Shown: positions 7,399 through 14,521, numbered from the stretch's first letter. The stretch: 24,000 nt of DNA from Pseudomonas sp. MRSN 12121 (GCF_000931465.1 NZ_CP010892.1:2479388-2503387); one strand, 5' to 3'. Notes: generated from the sequence alone by a model not told the origin. Translations and numbers: made by a program.

Positions 7399-8199
7399 TC
7401 AACGACGGCGCACGAACCGGCGCCACAGCCAGACCCAGATCATCACCAGCGGGAAGGCGAGGATCAGGAATGGCAGCACGTAGCTGCCTTTTTCCAGGGC
7501 TTCGGCAGTGCCGTAGGCGAGGTTGTCCAGCAGGTTGTCGAAGGCCCGTTGCAGTTTCGAACCGCGCTGGCTGCTGTCGGTGGGGACGAAGTTCAGGGTC
7601 AGGCGGTTGGTGTCGATCCGGCGCTGCTGGCCGGCGGCGGCCTGGGCCAGGGCCTGCAGGTCGTTTTCGATGCTTGCCTGTTCCTTGCTGAGCACGATCA
7701 GGTCGCTGACGGTGATGTCCTTGCGCGCGGCCAGCTGGTCCAGGCGTTGTTGCTGGGCCTTGAGCCGTTCCTGCTGGCGCTGCACATCGGCCACGGCGTC
7801 GGCCAGGTCTTCGGCGCTGGTGATGCGCTGGCCGATTTCGGCGCCCTGGGCGGCCAGCCCGACTATCGGTTCGACGCCATCGGGCACGATGCGCAGGATC
7901 GCCTGGGCACGGCGTTCGCCCTGTTCCAGGCGCAGGATGTTGCAGGCGCCGAACCGGGCGCTTTCGCAGGCTTCGCGGGTGGCATTCAGGCGGTCGGCGA
8001 TCTGCGCCGAGGGCAGCGACAGGGTCAGCTCATGTTCGTAGGCCAGCTGCGCCCCGGCCTTGCCCTGGGCACCGCCGATCGCCACCGAGGACGAGCGCTC
8101 GCTGGGCGAACAGGCGGCCAGCAGGCTGCTGAGCAGGAGGCAGGCAAGGATGCCTGGGCGATGGGTGCCTGTGTAATGGGTCGTGCGGTCCTGATGCAT
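7399..8199 (-). CDS. Lipoprotein with a central coiled-coil and C-terminal TM segment (DUF4349-like)
   Basis: 266 aa. It has a lipobox LLAAC, a Q/A-rich coiled-coil segment (RQQERLKAQQQRLDQLAARK) and a C-terminal hydrophobic helix followed by WRRFVRRR. The domain name is from memory. Confidence 0.75.
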   Translation of the reverse strand: MHQDRTTHYTGTHRPGILACLLLSSLLAACSPSERSSSVAIGGAQGKAGAQLAYEHELTLSLPSAQIADRLNATREACESARFGACNILRLEQGERRAQAILRIVPDGVEPIVGLAAQGAEIGQRITSAEDLADAVADVQRQQERLKAQQQRLDQLAARKDITVSDLIVLSKEQASIENDLQALAQAAAGQQRRIDTNRLTLNFVPTDSSQRGSKLQRAFDNLLDNLAYGTAEALEKGSYVLPFLILAFPLVMIWVWLWRRFVRRR

Positions 8200-8240
8200 G
8201 GTTTCTCCTTGATGTGGGTAAGCGGTTGCTGGCCGCGCTG

Positions 8241-8663
8241 TCAGAGCAGCTCAAGCAGGCCTTGCGGATAGACGTTCAGGCGTTGCTCGCGGATCCGTTG
8301 CAGGCTGATCCAGCGCACCTTGAACCGGTGGCCGCTGGTTTCGACCCCTTCGAGTTCGGGCGCGGCATACAGGCGCGGATCGACCAGGCGCGCTTCATGG
8401 ATAAAGACGATTTCATGGCCGGGGGTACCATCGAACACGAACAGGTTTTCCAGCACGCCCAGCAGCTCGAGGTCCTGGATCTCGGCGCCGATCTCTTCGA
8501 GCACTTCGCGTCGGGCGGCGTTGGCCGCCGTCTCGCCAAAGTCGATGCCGCCACCGACCGGCATCAGGTAGTGCTCGTTCTTGCCGGGGTCGAAACCTTC
8601 GGCCAGCAGCAACTGCTCGCCCTGGCGAAAGACGCACACGGATTTGGCTCGGATGGTTGGCAT
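8241..8663 (-). CDS. NUDIX hydrolase
   Basis: 140 aa. The sequence GGGIDFGETAANAARREVLEEIGA matches the Nudix box GX5EX7REUXEEXGU exactly. Confidence 0.88.
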   Translation of the reverse strand: MPTIRAKSVCVFRQGEQLLLAEGFDPGKNEHYLMPVGGGIDFGETAANAARREVLEEIGAEIQDLELLGVLENLFVFDGTPGHEIVFIHEARLVDPRLYAAPELEGVETSGHRFKVRWISLQRIREQRLNVYPQGLLELL

Positions 8664-8811
8664 GGCCCTAGGTCCTTCTGGGTTGCGGGGGGATGTCGCG
8701 GCTTATCGCGGCAGATTTGCCGCACTGATCTCGATAGTCGCGCCGCGGATTGTGGATTAAACCTGGGTCCACCGCGCTGCGCGGCCGCCATCATACAAGC
8801 AAGGTGCCCTC

Positions 8812-9225
8812 ATGACTGATTTTCCATTGCCCGAAGGCTACGTCCCGCTATCGCGCAGCAGCCCGCTGCTGGAACTGATCGGCCCGGTCTATTGCCGGGG
8901 CCACGGCTTGCAGCTGGAGATCGGCCTGCGCGCCGACGGCCGCCACGCCAACGGTCGCGGCACCGTGCACGGCGGCATTCTCGCGACCCTGGCCGATATC
9001 GGCATGGGCTACGCCATGGCGTTCGCCAGCGACCCGCCGCTGGCGCTGATCACCGCCAGCATGCACCTGGACTACCTGGGTGCGGTGCAGGTCGGCGAGT
9101 GGATCGACGTGCGCCTGGAGCACGCCAAGCGCGGCCGGCAGATGGCCTTCGCCACCGTGACCCTGCAGGTCGGCGAGCGGGTGGTGGCCCGGGCCAACGC
9201 GGTGTTCGCGGTGCCGGCGGGTTGA
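8812..9225 (+). CDS. PaaI-family hotdog-fold thioesterase
   Basis: 137 aa. The core motif NGRGTVHGGILATLADIGMGYA is typical of PaaI/YbgC-like thioesterases. Confidence 0.85.
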   Translation: MTDFPLPEGYVPLSRSSPLLELIGPVYCRGHGLQLEIGLRADGRHANGRGTVHGGILATLADIGMGYAMAFASDPPLALITASMHLDYLGAVQVGEWIDVRLEHAKRGRQMAFATVTLQVGERVVARANAVFAVPAG

Positions 9226-9238
9226 GGGGCGTCGCCGC

Positions 9239-10846
9239 TCACTGCGCCTGCGCCACCAACTGCTTCCACTCCAGCCCGAAGCGCGCCAGGTATTTGCGCA
9301 GGCGGTCGGCGTCGTTGGCCTGGGCCTTGGTCTGGCGCGAGACGCCGAACAGTTTGCGTCCGGCATCGGACAGGCTGTCCGCCTGGCGACAGACCTCGAT
9401 CACCGCCTGCAACTGCAGGCGGTCGAACAGGTCGAGTTCGACGCTGTCGCCCAGCAGCGCGCCCAGCGAGTCCTGTTCCCGGCTCAAGCCCCAGGCATAA
9501 CGCAGGCGCTGGATTTCTTCCTCGACCTGGGCTTCGTCGATGCGCCCGCTGTCGGCCAGGGTGCCCATTCGGGTGATGGACGCCGACAGTTCGCGGAAGT
9601 TGCCCAGCCAGGCGGCCTCGCTGGAGCTGGCGAAGGCCAGGTAACGGCGCCGTGCCTCCAGGTTGAAGCGCACCAGTTGCCCTTGCTCCCGGGCGTGGCG
9701 CTCCAGCTCGAAGTCGATGTTCGGCTCGATGTCTTCGCGGCGTCCCGCCAGCCCCGGGAGGTTGAAGGTCCAGAGGTTGATCCGCGCATACAAGTCTTCG
9801 CGGAACAGCCCCTCGGCGACCCGGCCCCGCAGGTCGCGGTGGGTGCCGGCGATGATCAGGAAGTCGCTGGCGACCTCCTGGTCCGAACCCATGGGGAAGA
9901 AGCGCTTCTCCTCGATGGCCTTGAGCAGCATCGCCTGTTCGTCGAGGCCCAGTTCGCCGATCTCGTCGAGAAACAGCATGCCGCCGTCCGCCGCCCGCAG
10001 CAGGCCGTCGCGGGCGTTCTGGGCGCCGGTGAAGGCGCCCTTGATATGGCCGAACAGCGCCGACATGGCGCCGTCGCCGCGCAGGGTGGCGCAGTTGACT
10101 TCGACAAAGCGCCCCTGGACCTGATGCCGGCCGCGCTTGAGCTCATAGATACGCCGGGCCAGGAACGACTTGCCGGCGCCGGTGGGGCCGATCAGCAGCA
10201 TCGGCGCCCTGGAGCGCTCGGCCACCCGCTCGATCTGTTCGATGGAGCGGTTGAACGCGGCGTTGCGGGTGGCGATCCCGGACTTGAGGAAGGCCAGGCC
10301 CTCCAGGCGCTTGTGGGCGAAACGCGAGGCGATGCGGTCGTAGCGCGACAGGTCGAGATCGATCAGCGCGTGGGTGCCGGTGGCGTGTTGTTCCGGGTCG
10401 TGGCGCCGGGCCGGCGAGGTCTGGATCAGCCGGGCCGGCAGGTAGCGCGCCTCGGTCAGCAGGAACCAGCAGATCTGCGCCACATGGGTGCCGGTGGTGA
10501 TGTGCACCAGGTAATCCTCGCGCTCGGTGTCGAACGGGTAGGCGCTGGTGAAGTCGTGCAGGGCCGCGTACACCTCTTCGAAATCCCAGGGGTTCTTCAG
10601 GCCCATGGGGTGCAGGCGCACCTCGGTCTCGGGCGACACCTGGCGGATATCGTCGGCTACCCGCTGGGCCAGGCCGACGTCCCGGGCGTCCAGGCCGTGG
10701 ATCAGCTCCAGGCGCTGGATCAGCACATCCTGCTGCTGGCACAGGCCGACGCTGGGGCGCCAGTGGTTCCAGCGGTTGGCGCCCTTGCCCACGCGGTCGA
10801 GGGTGGAGCCGACAAAGCCTATGGCGACCGTAGGTTTGTTTGTCAT
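9239..10846 (-). CDS. rtcR: Sigma-54-dependent transcriptional activator RtcR (CARF-like N-domain + AAA+ + HTH)
   Basis: 535 aa. It has Walker A GPTGAGKS, the sigma-54 contact loop GAFTGA (KGAFTGAQ) and an RtcR-type N-terminus VAIGFVGSTLD. It is divergent from an operon that contains rtcB and rtcA. Confidence 0.9.
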   Translation of the reverse strand: MTNKPTVAIGFVGSTLDRVGKGANRWNHWRPSVGLCQQQDVLIQRLELIHGLDARDVGLAQRVADDIRQVSPETEVRLHPMGLKNPWDFEEVYAALHDFTSAYPFDTEREDYLVHITTGTHVAQICWFLLTEARYLPARLIQTSPARRHDPEQHATGTHALIDLDLSRYDRIASRFAHKRLEGLAFLKSGIATRNAAFNRSIEQIERVAERSRAPMLLIGPTGAGKSFLARRIYELKRGRHQVQGRFVEVNCATLRGDGAMSALFGHIKGAFTGAQNARDGLLRAADGGMLFLDEIGELGLDEQAMLLKAIEEKRFFPMGSDQEVASDFLIIAGTHRDLRGRVAEGLFREDLYARINLWTFNLPGLAGRREDIEPNIDFELERHAREQGQLVRFNLEARRRYLAFASSSEAAWLGNFRELSASITRMGTLADSGRIDEAQVEEEIQRLRYAWGLSREQDSLGALLGDSVELDLFDRLQLQAVIEVCRQADSLSDAGRKLFGVSRQTKAQANDADRLRKYLARFGLEWKQLVAQAQ

Positions 10847-10951
10847 CTTTATACCTTGAGATAAAAGGCGATAAGCAAGGATATAAAATTATCGCGGGTT
10901 TTGTCTTGAAAGGCCGTTCATGAAAATCTGATAAAAAATAAATTCATTTAA

Positions 10952-10964
10952 AATCAATAAGTTA
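10952..10964 (+). promoter_or_regulatory. IHF-binding site candidate
   Basis: AATCAATAAGTTA fits WATCAANNNNTTR exactly. It is embedded in an AT-rich stretch of about 130 bp, about 30 bp upstream of the -24 element. Confidence 0.5.
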
Positions 10965-10992
10965 AAAAATAATTTTGCCAGAAAAACAAAAC

Positions 10993-11008
10993 TGGCACAG
11001 CGGCTGCA
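10993..11008 (+). promoter_or_regulatory. Sigma-54 (-24/-12) promoter of the rsr-rtcB operon
   Basis: TGGCAC-AGCGG-CTGCA matches the consensus TGGCAC-N5-TTGCW, with correct GG-to-GC spacing (GG 10994-10995, GC 11006-11007). It lies 43 nt upstream of the rsr ATG and opposite rtcR. Confidence 0.8.
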
Positions 11009-11050
11009 ATATCTCTGGCAACGAACGAGACAACAGAGCGAGACGCCAAG

Positions 11051-12601
11051 ATGGCCAACTTCCAGCTGTTCAACACCCGCCAGGCAGCAGCGCCAGCCAG
11101 CGACACCCTGAACGCTTCCCGGGCACCGGCTTACGCCTACAACGCCAAGCACCGCCTGGCCCAGCTGGTGGTGACCGGTTGCCTGAACTCGACCTTCTAC
11201 ACCTCGCCCGAAGGCCAGCTGGAAGCGGTGCTGCAACTGGTGAGCGAACTGGACAGCCGCTTCGTCGCCCAGGCCGCTCGGTACGCTCGGCAACAGGGCC
11301 ACATGAAAGACATGCCGGCCTTGCTGTTGGCCGCGCTGACCGCGCAGCGCTCGGCCCTGGTGCCGGAGCTGTTCGCCCAGGTGGTGGACAACGGCAAGAT
11401 GCTGCGCAACTACGTGCAGATCCTGCGCAGCGGCGTGACCGGGCGTAAATCCCTGGGTTCGCAGCCCAAGCGCCTGGTGCAGAACTGGTTGAACAGCGCC
11501 ACCGAGCGTCAGCTATTGCAGGCCGCGGTGGGTAACCAGCCGTCGCTGGCGGACCTGGTGAAGATGGTCCACCCCAAGCCGAGCGAGGCCTGGCGCGAAG
11601 CCTTCTTCGCCTGGTTGATCGGCAAGCCGGTGGATGCGCAGGCATTGCCCGAACTGACCCGCGCCTTGCTGGCCTTTCGCAGCGGTGCGACCACGCAAGT
11701 GCCGCCGGTGCCGTTCCAGCTGCTGGGTAACGAAACCCTGAGCGGCGAGCAATGGGCGGAGCAGGCGCGCAACATGGGCTGGCAGGGGCTGCGCATGAAC
11801 CTCAACACCCTGGCCCGCCACGGCGCGTTCCAGGTGCCGGGCTGCGCCGAGTATGTGGCGGCGCGGCTGGCGGATGCCGCCGAGGTGGCCAAGGCCCGGG
11901 TCTACCCGTACCAGTTGCTGGCGGCCTACCGCATGGCCGGCGACGAGGTGCCGCAGGTGGTGCGCGAGGCGTTGCAGGATGCCCTGGAACTGTCCCTGGC
12001 CAATGTGCCGGCGCTGCCGGGGAACGTGGTGGTGTGCCCGGATGTCTCGGGGTCGATGCACAGCCCGGTCACCGGCTATCGCCAGGGCGCGACCACGGCG
12101 GTACGTTGCATCGATGTGGCGGCGCTGGTGGCGGCAGCCGTGTTGCGCAAGCAGCCGGCGGCGCGCGTCATGCCCTTCGAGGTCGGGGTGGTGGATATCC
12201 GCCTCAACCCTCGGGACAGCGTGATGAGCAACGCGCAGAAACTGGCGGCCATCGGCGGTGGCGGGACCAACTGCTCGGCGCCCCTGGCACAGCTGGCCAA
12301 TGCCAAGTGCAAGGTGGATACCCTGATCCTGGTCTCGGACAACGAGTCGTGGATCGATGCGCGGCGCCACGGGGCGACCGAGACCCTGCGCCAGTGGGAG
12401 CGGATCAAGGCCATCAACCCGCAGGCGCGGCTGGTGTGCATCGATATGCAGCCCGGGGCGACCACCCAGGCGCCGGACCGCGCGGACATCCTCAACGTCG
12501 GCGGCTTCAGCGACGCGGTGTTCGACGTGATCCAGCAGTTCACCGCGGGCAACTACGGTGCGCAGCATTGGGTCAAGGCCATCGAGGCGCTGGCGCCCTG
12601 A
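11051..12601 (+). CDS. rsr: Ro60-related protein Rsr (TROVE domain + vWA domain)
   Basis: 516 aa. The N-terminal part is TROVE-like (NAKHRLAQLVVTGCLNSTFYTS). The C-terminal part is vWA with the MIDAS motif DVSGSM. Its position between rtcR and rtcB matches the Salmonella rsr-yrlBA-rtcBA layout. Confidence 0.85.
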   Translation: MANFQLFNTRQAAAPASDTLNASRAPAYAYNAKHRLAQLVVTGCLNSTFYTSPEGQLEAVLQLVSELDSRFVAQAARYARQQGHMKDMPALLLAALTAQRSALVPELFAQVVDNGKMLRNYVQILRSGVTGRKSLGSQPKRLVQNWLNSATERQLLQAAVGNQPSLADLVKMVHPKPSEAWREAFFAWLIGKPVDAQALPELTRALLAFRSGATTQVPPVPFQLLGNETLSGEQWAEQARNMGWQGLRMNLNTLARHGAFQVPGCAEYVAARLADAAEVAKARVYPYQLLAAYRMAGDEVPQVVREALQDALELSLANVPALPGNVVVCPDVSGSMHSPVTGYRQGATTAVRCIDVAALVAAAVLRKQPAARVMPFEVGVVDIRLNPRDSVMSNAQKLAAIGGGGTNCSAPLAQLANAKCKVDTLILVSDNESWIDARRHGATETLRQWERIKAINPQARLVCIDMQPGATTQAPDRADILNVGGFSDAVFDVIQQFTAGNYGAQHWVKAIEALAP

Positions 12602-12623
12602 GCGGCAAAAGATGAGATAAACC

Positions 12624-12645
12624 GTGCGCCGGCGAGCCGGCGCAC
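12624..12645 (+). other. GC-rich hairpin just after the rsr stop (no U-tract)
   Basis: GTGCGCCGGC-GA-GCCGGCGCAC is a 10-nt perfect inverted repeat. No T-run follows, so it is a possible processing or stability element rather than a terminator. Confidence 0.5.
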
Positions 12646-12665
12646 GTCGATGATGTTTGATCATT

Positions 12666-12723
12666 GGCCCCGAATGCCGCCGTGACTACCTCCAAAGACG
12701 TCTCGGCAGATCTTGTCTGGGCC
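12666..12723 (+). ncRNA. Y-RNA-like module 0 (minimal stem-loop, no tRNA-like domain)
   Basis: The closing helix is GGCCCCGA/TCTGGGCC (one C-U mismatch). It has the loop AUGCC, an 8-bp helix GCCGTGAC/GTCTCGGC (one U-U), UAC after the helix and CUUG-UCU on the 3' side. The layout matches modules 1-4. Confidence 0.4.
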
Positions 12724-12729
12724 TGTGAA

Positions 12730-12814
12730 GGCACGAATGCCAGTGGCTGTACCTCCTGGTTGGGCCGGTTCGAATCCGGCAATCAGTCACTACTGTTGTC
12801 GTGCCACCTTTTTT
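12730..12814 (+). ncRNA. Y-RNA-like module 1 (Ro-binding-type stem + T-arm hairpin + U6 tail)
   Basis: The closing helix is GGCACGA (12730-12736)/TCGTGCC (12799-12805). It has AUGCC and an 8-bp helix AGTGGCTG/CAGTCACT. The T-arm is GCCGG-TTCGAAT-CCGGC (12764-12780). The 3' side reads ACUGUUG-UCG and then ACC-TTTTTT (12809-12814). Confidence 0.65.
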
Positions 12815-12820
12815 GCTTTT

Positions 12821-12958
12821 GCGACGAATGCGGGTGGAACTACATCCAAGGTTCGAGGTGCGGGTTCGAGTCCCGCCGGTGCCCGGAAAAGGCACCGTGG
12901 TTCAATGGTCAGAGCACGAGTGCACTGTTCCACCAACCCTTGTCGTCGCCTCTTTTTT
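12821..12958 (+). ncRNA. YrlA-like Y RNA module 2 (permuted tRNA-like domain, U6 tail)
   Basis: The closing helix is GCGACGA (12821-12827)/TCGTCGC (12943-12949), with an 8-bp helix GGTGGAAC/GTTCCACC. The T-arm is GCGGG-TTCGAGT-CCCGC (12860-12876). A 7-bp capped acceptor CGGTGCC-CGGAAAA-GGCACCG spans 12877-12897. After UG comes the D-arm GTTC-AATGGTCA-GAGC (12900-12915). The tail is CTC-TTTTTT (12953-12958). Confidence 0.75.
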
Positions 12959-12974
12959 CCCGCCTTGGCGGGGT

Positions 12975-13082
12975 GGCAGCGAATGCCACGGGTACTACAT
13001 GGTGTCGCGGGTTCGAGCCCCGCCAGCCGCAAGGCTGTAGCTCAGTCGGTAGAGCGAATGTGCCCGTTCCCTTGTCGCTGCC
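12975..13082 (+). ncRNA. YrlA-like Y RNA module 3 (permuted tRNA-like domain)
   Basis: The closing helix is GGCAGCGA (12975-12982)/TCGCTGCC (13075-13082). It has AUGCC and an 8-bp helix ACGGGTAC/GTGCCCGT. The T-arm is GCGGG-TTCGAGC-CCCGC (13007-13023). The acceptor CAGCC-GCAA-GGCTG (13024-13037) has a GNRA cap. After UA comes the D-arm GCTC-AGTCGGTA-GAGC (13040-13055). Confidence 0.78.
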
Positions 13083-13109
13083 CGCAGGCCAGGCCTGCAC
13101 CGATTGACC

Positions 13110-13224
13110 CGGCGAATGCCGGTGGAACTACAGGACAGCGTGGTCGCGGGTTCGATTCCCGCCAACCGCAAGGGGCTAGCTCAGTGGTAGAGCGCGCTGC
13201 ATGTTCCGCCTTCACTGGTCGCCG
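13110..13224 (+). ncRNA. YrlA-like Y RNA module 4 (permuted tRNA-like domain)
   Basis: The closing helix is CGGCGA (13110-13115)/TCGCCG (13219-13224). It has AUGCC and an 8-bp helix GGTGGAAC/GTTCCGCC (one G-U). The T-arm is GCGGG-TTCGATT-CCCGC (13146-13162). The acceptor CAACC-GCAA-GGGGC is weak, with only 2 Watson-Crick pairs. After UA comes the D-arm GCTC-AGTGGTA-GAGC (13179-13193). Confidence 0.72.
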
Positions 13225-13290
13225 TTTACGCCGCGCTGTCGGTCACCGAACAAGGTCGAATTGTCGACCACAGAAGAAAGAGCCAAGAAC

Positions 13291-14517
13291 ATGGAACACA
13301 AGACCTGGCAACTGCTGGAAGTCGCCAACGGCAAGCCGATCAAGATGTGGACCCAGGGCGTGCCCGTGGAAAACGAAGCCCGCCAGCAGCTGATGAATAC
13401 CGCGAAGATGCCGTTCATCTTCAAGCACCTGGCGGTGATGCCCGACGTGCACCTGGGCAAGGGTTCGACCATCGGCAGCGTGATCCCGACCCTGGGCGCG
13501 ATCATTCCCGCGGCCGTCGGCGTGGATATCGGCTGCGGCATGATCGCCGCCCGCACCTCGCTGACGGCGGCGGACCTGCCGGACAACCTGCACGGCCTGC
13601 GCTGCGCCATTGAAAGTGCCGTGCCCCATGGGCGTACCGCGCCGCGCAGCGGCCGCGACAAGGGCGCCTGGGGCGAGGTGCCGCAGCAGGCCGACCGGGT
13701 CTGGGCGACCTTGCATCCGCGCTTCAAGGCGATCACCGACAAGTACCCGGCGCTGGCCAAGAGCAACAACCGCCAGCACCTGGGAACGCTCGGTGGCGGC
13801 AACCACTTCATCGAAGTCTGCCTGGATGAAGCCAACCGGGTCTGGTTCATGCTGCACAGCGGTTCCCGTGGCGTGGGTAACGCGATCGGCAACCTGTTCA
13901 TCCAGCTGGCCCAGGCGGATATGCGCCAGCACATCGCCGATCTGCCACACCGGGATCTGGCGTATTTCAAGGAAGGTAGCCGGCACTTCGACGATTACGT
14001 CGAAGCCGTGGGCTGGGCCCAGGACTTCGCCCGGCAGAACCGCGAGTTGATGATGCAGGCGGTGATCCAGGCCACCCGCCAGGTGATCCGCAAACCCTTC
14101 GAGGTGGCGCTGGAGGCGGTGAACTGCCACCACAACTACGTGCAGAAGGAGCGTCATTTCGGTGAGGAGGTGCTGGTGACCCGCAAGGGCGCGGTGTCGG
14201 CGCAAAAGGGCGAGCTGGGGATCATCCCGGGGTCGATGGGGGCCAAGAGCTTCATCGTCCGCGGCCTGGGCAACGAGGAGGCGTTCTGCTCCTGCAGCCA
14301 TGGGGCCGGGCGCACCATGAGCCGCACCAAGGCCAAGGACACCTTCACCCTGGCCGACCAGATCCGCGCCACCGCCCATGTGGAATGCCGCAAGGACACG
14401 GCGGTGATCGATGAAATCCCGATGGCCTACAAGGACATCGACCAAGTCATGCACGCCCAGCGCGAGCTGGTGGAAGTGCTGCACACCCTGCGTCAGGTAG
14501 TGTGCGTAAAGGGGTAG
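13291..14517 (+). CDS. rtcB: RNA-splicing ligase RtcB (3'-phosphate/5'-hydroxyl RNA ligase)
   Basis: The start is reset to ATG 13291 (MEHKTWQLLEV...), giving 408 aa as in E. coli RtcB. It is collinear with my memory of E. coli RtcB (KMWTQGVPVE, ARQQLMNTAKMPFIFKHLAVMPDVHLGKGSTIGSV, VGVDIGCGM, GGGNHFIE, HSGSRGVGN, NCHHNY, SCSHGAGR). Confidence 0.95.
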   Translation: MEHKTWQLLEVANGKPIKMWTQGVPVENEARQQLMNTAKMPFIFKHLAVMPDVHLGKGSTIGSVIPTLGAIIPAAVGVDIGCGMIAARTSLTAADLPDNLHGLRCAIESAVPHGRTAPRSGRDKGAWGEVPQQADRVWATLHPRFKAITDKYPALAKSNNRQHLGTLGGGNHFIEVCLDEANRVWFMLHSGSRGVGNAIGNLFIQLAQADMRQHIADLPHRDLAYFKEGSRHFDDYVEAVGWAQDFARQNRELMMQAVIQATRQVIRKPFEVALEAVNCHHNYVQKERHFGEEVLVTRKGAVSAQKGELGIIPGSMGAKSFIVRGLGNEEAFCSCSHGAGRTMSRTKAKDTFTLADQIRATAHVECRKDTAVIDEIPMAYKDIDQVMHAQRELVEVLHTLRQVVCVKG

Positions 14518-14521
14518 AGCG

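Noticed and set aside
12764-13196. The T-arm and D-arm sequences could have been genuine tRNA genes or tRNA pseudogenes.
   Set aside because: In every copy the order is T-arm, then acceptor hairpin, then D-arm, which is permuted. The acceptor is closed by a loop and there is no anticodon arm. Each copy is embedded in the same conserved Y-RNA-type stem. That pattern is not what decayed tRNA genes would give.
12664-13393. These are the ORF-track entries crossing the rsr-rtcB spacer: 147 aa at 12664-13107, 226 aa at 12713-13393, and small minus-strand ORFs at 12686-13100. The 30-codon N-terminal extension of rtcB from 13201 belongs with them.
   Set aside because: They overlap the highly structured repeated RNA modules, have no Shine-Dalgarno sequences and translate to low-complexity R/P/G-rich sequence. 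RtcB homology to the E. coli enzyme begins exactly at ATG 13291, giving the expected 408 aa.
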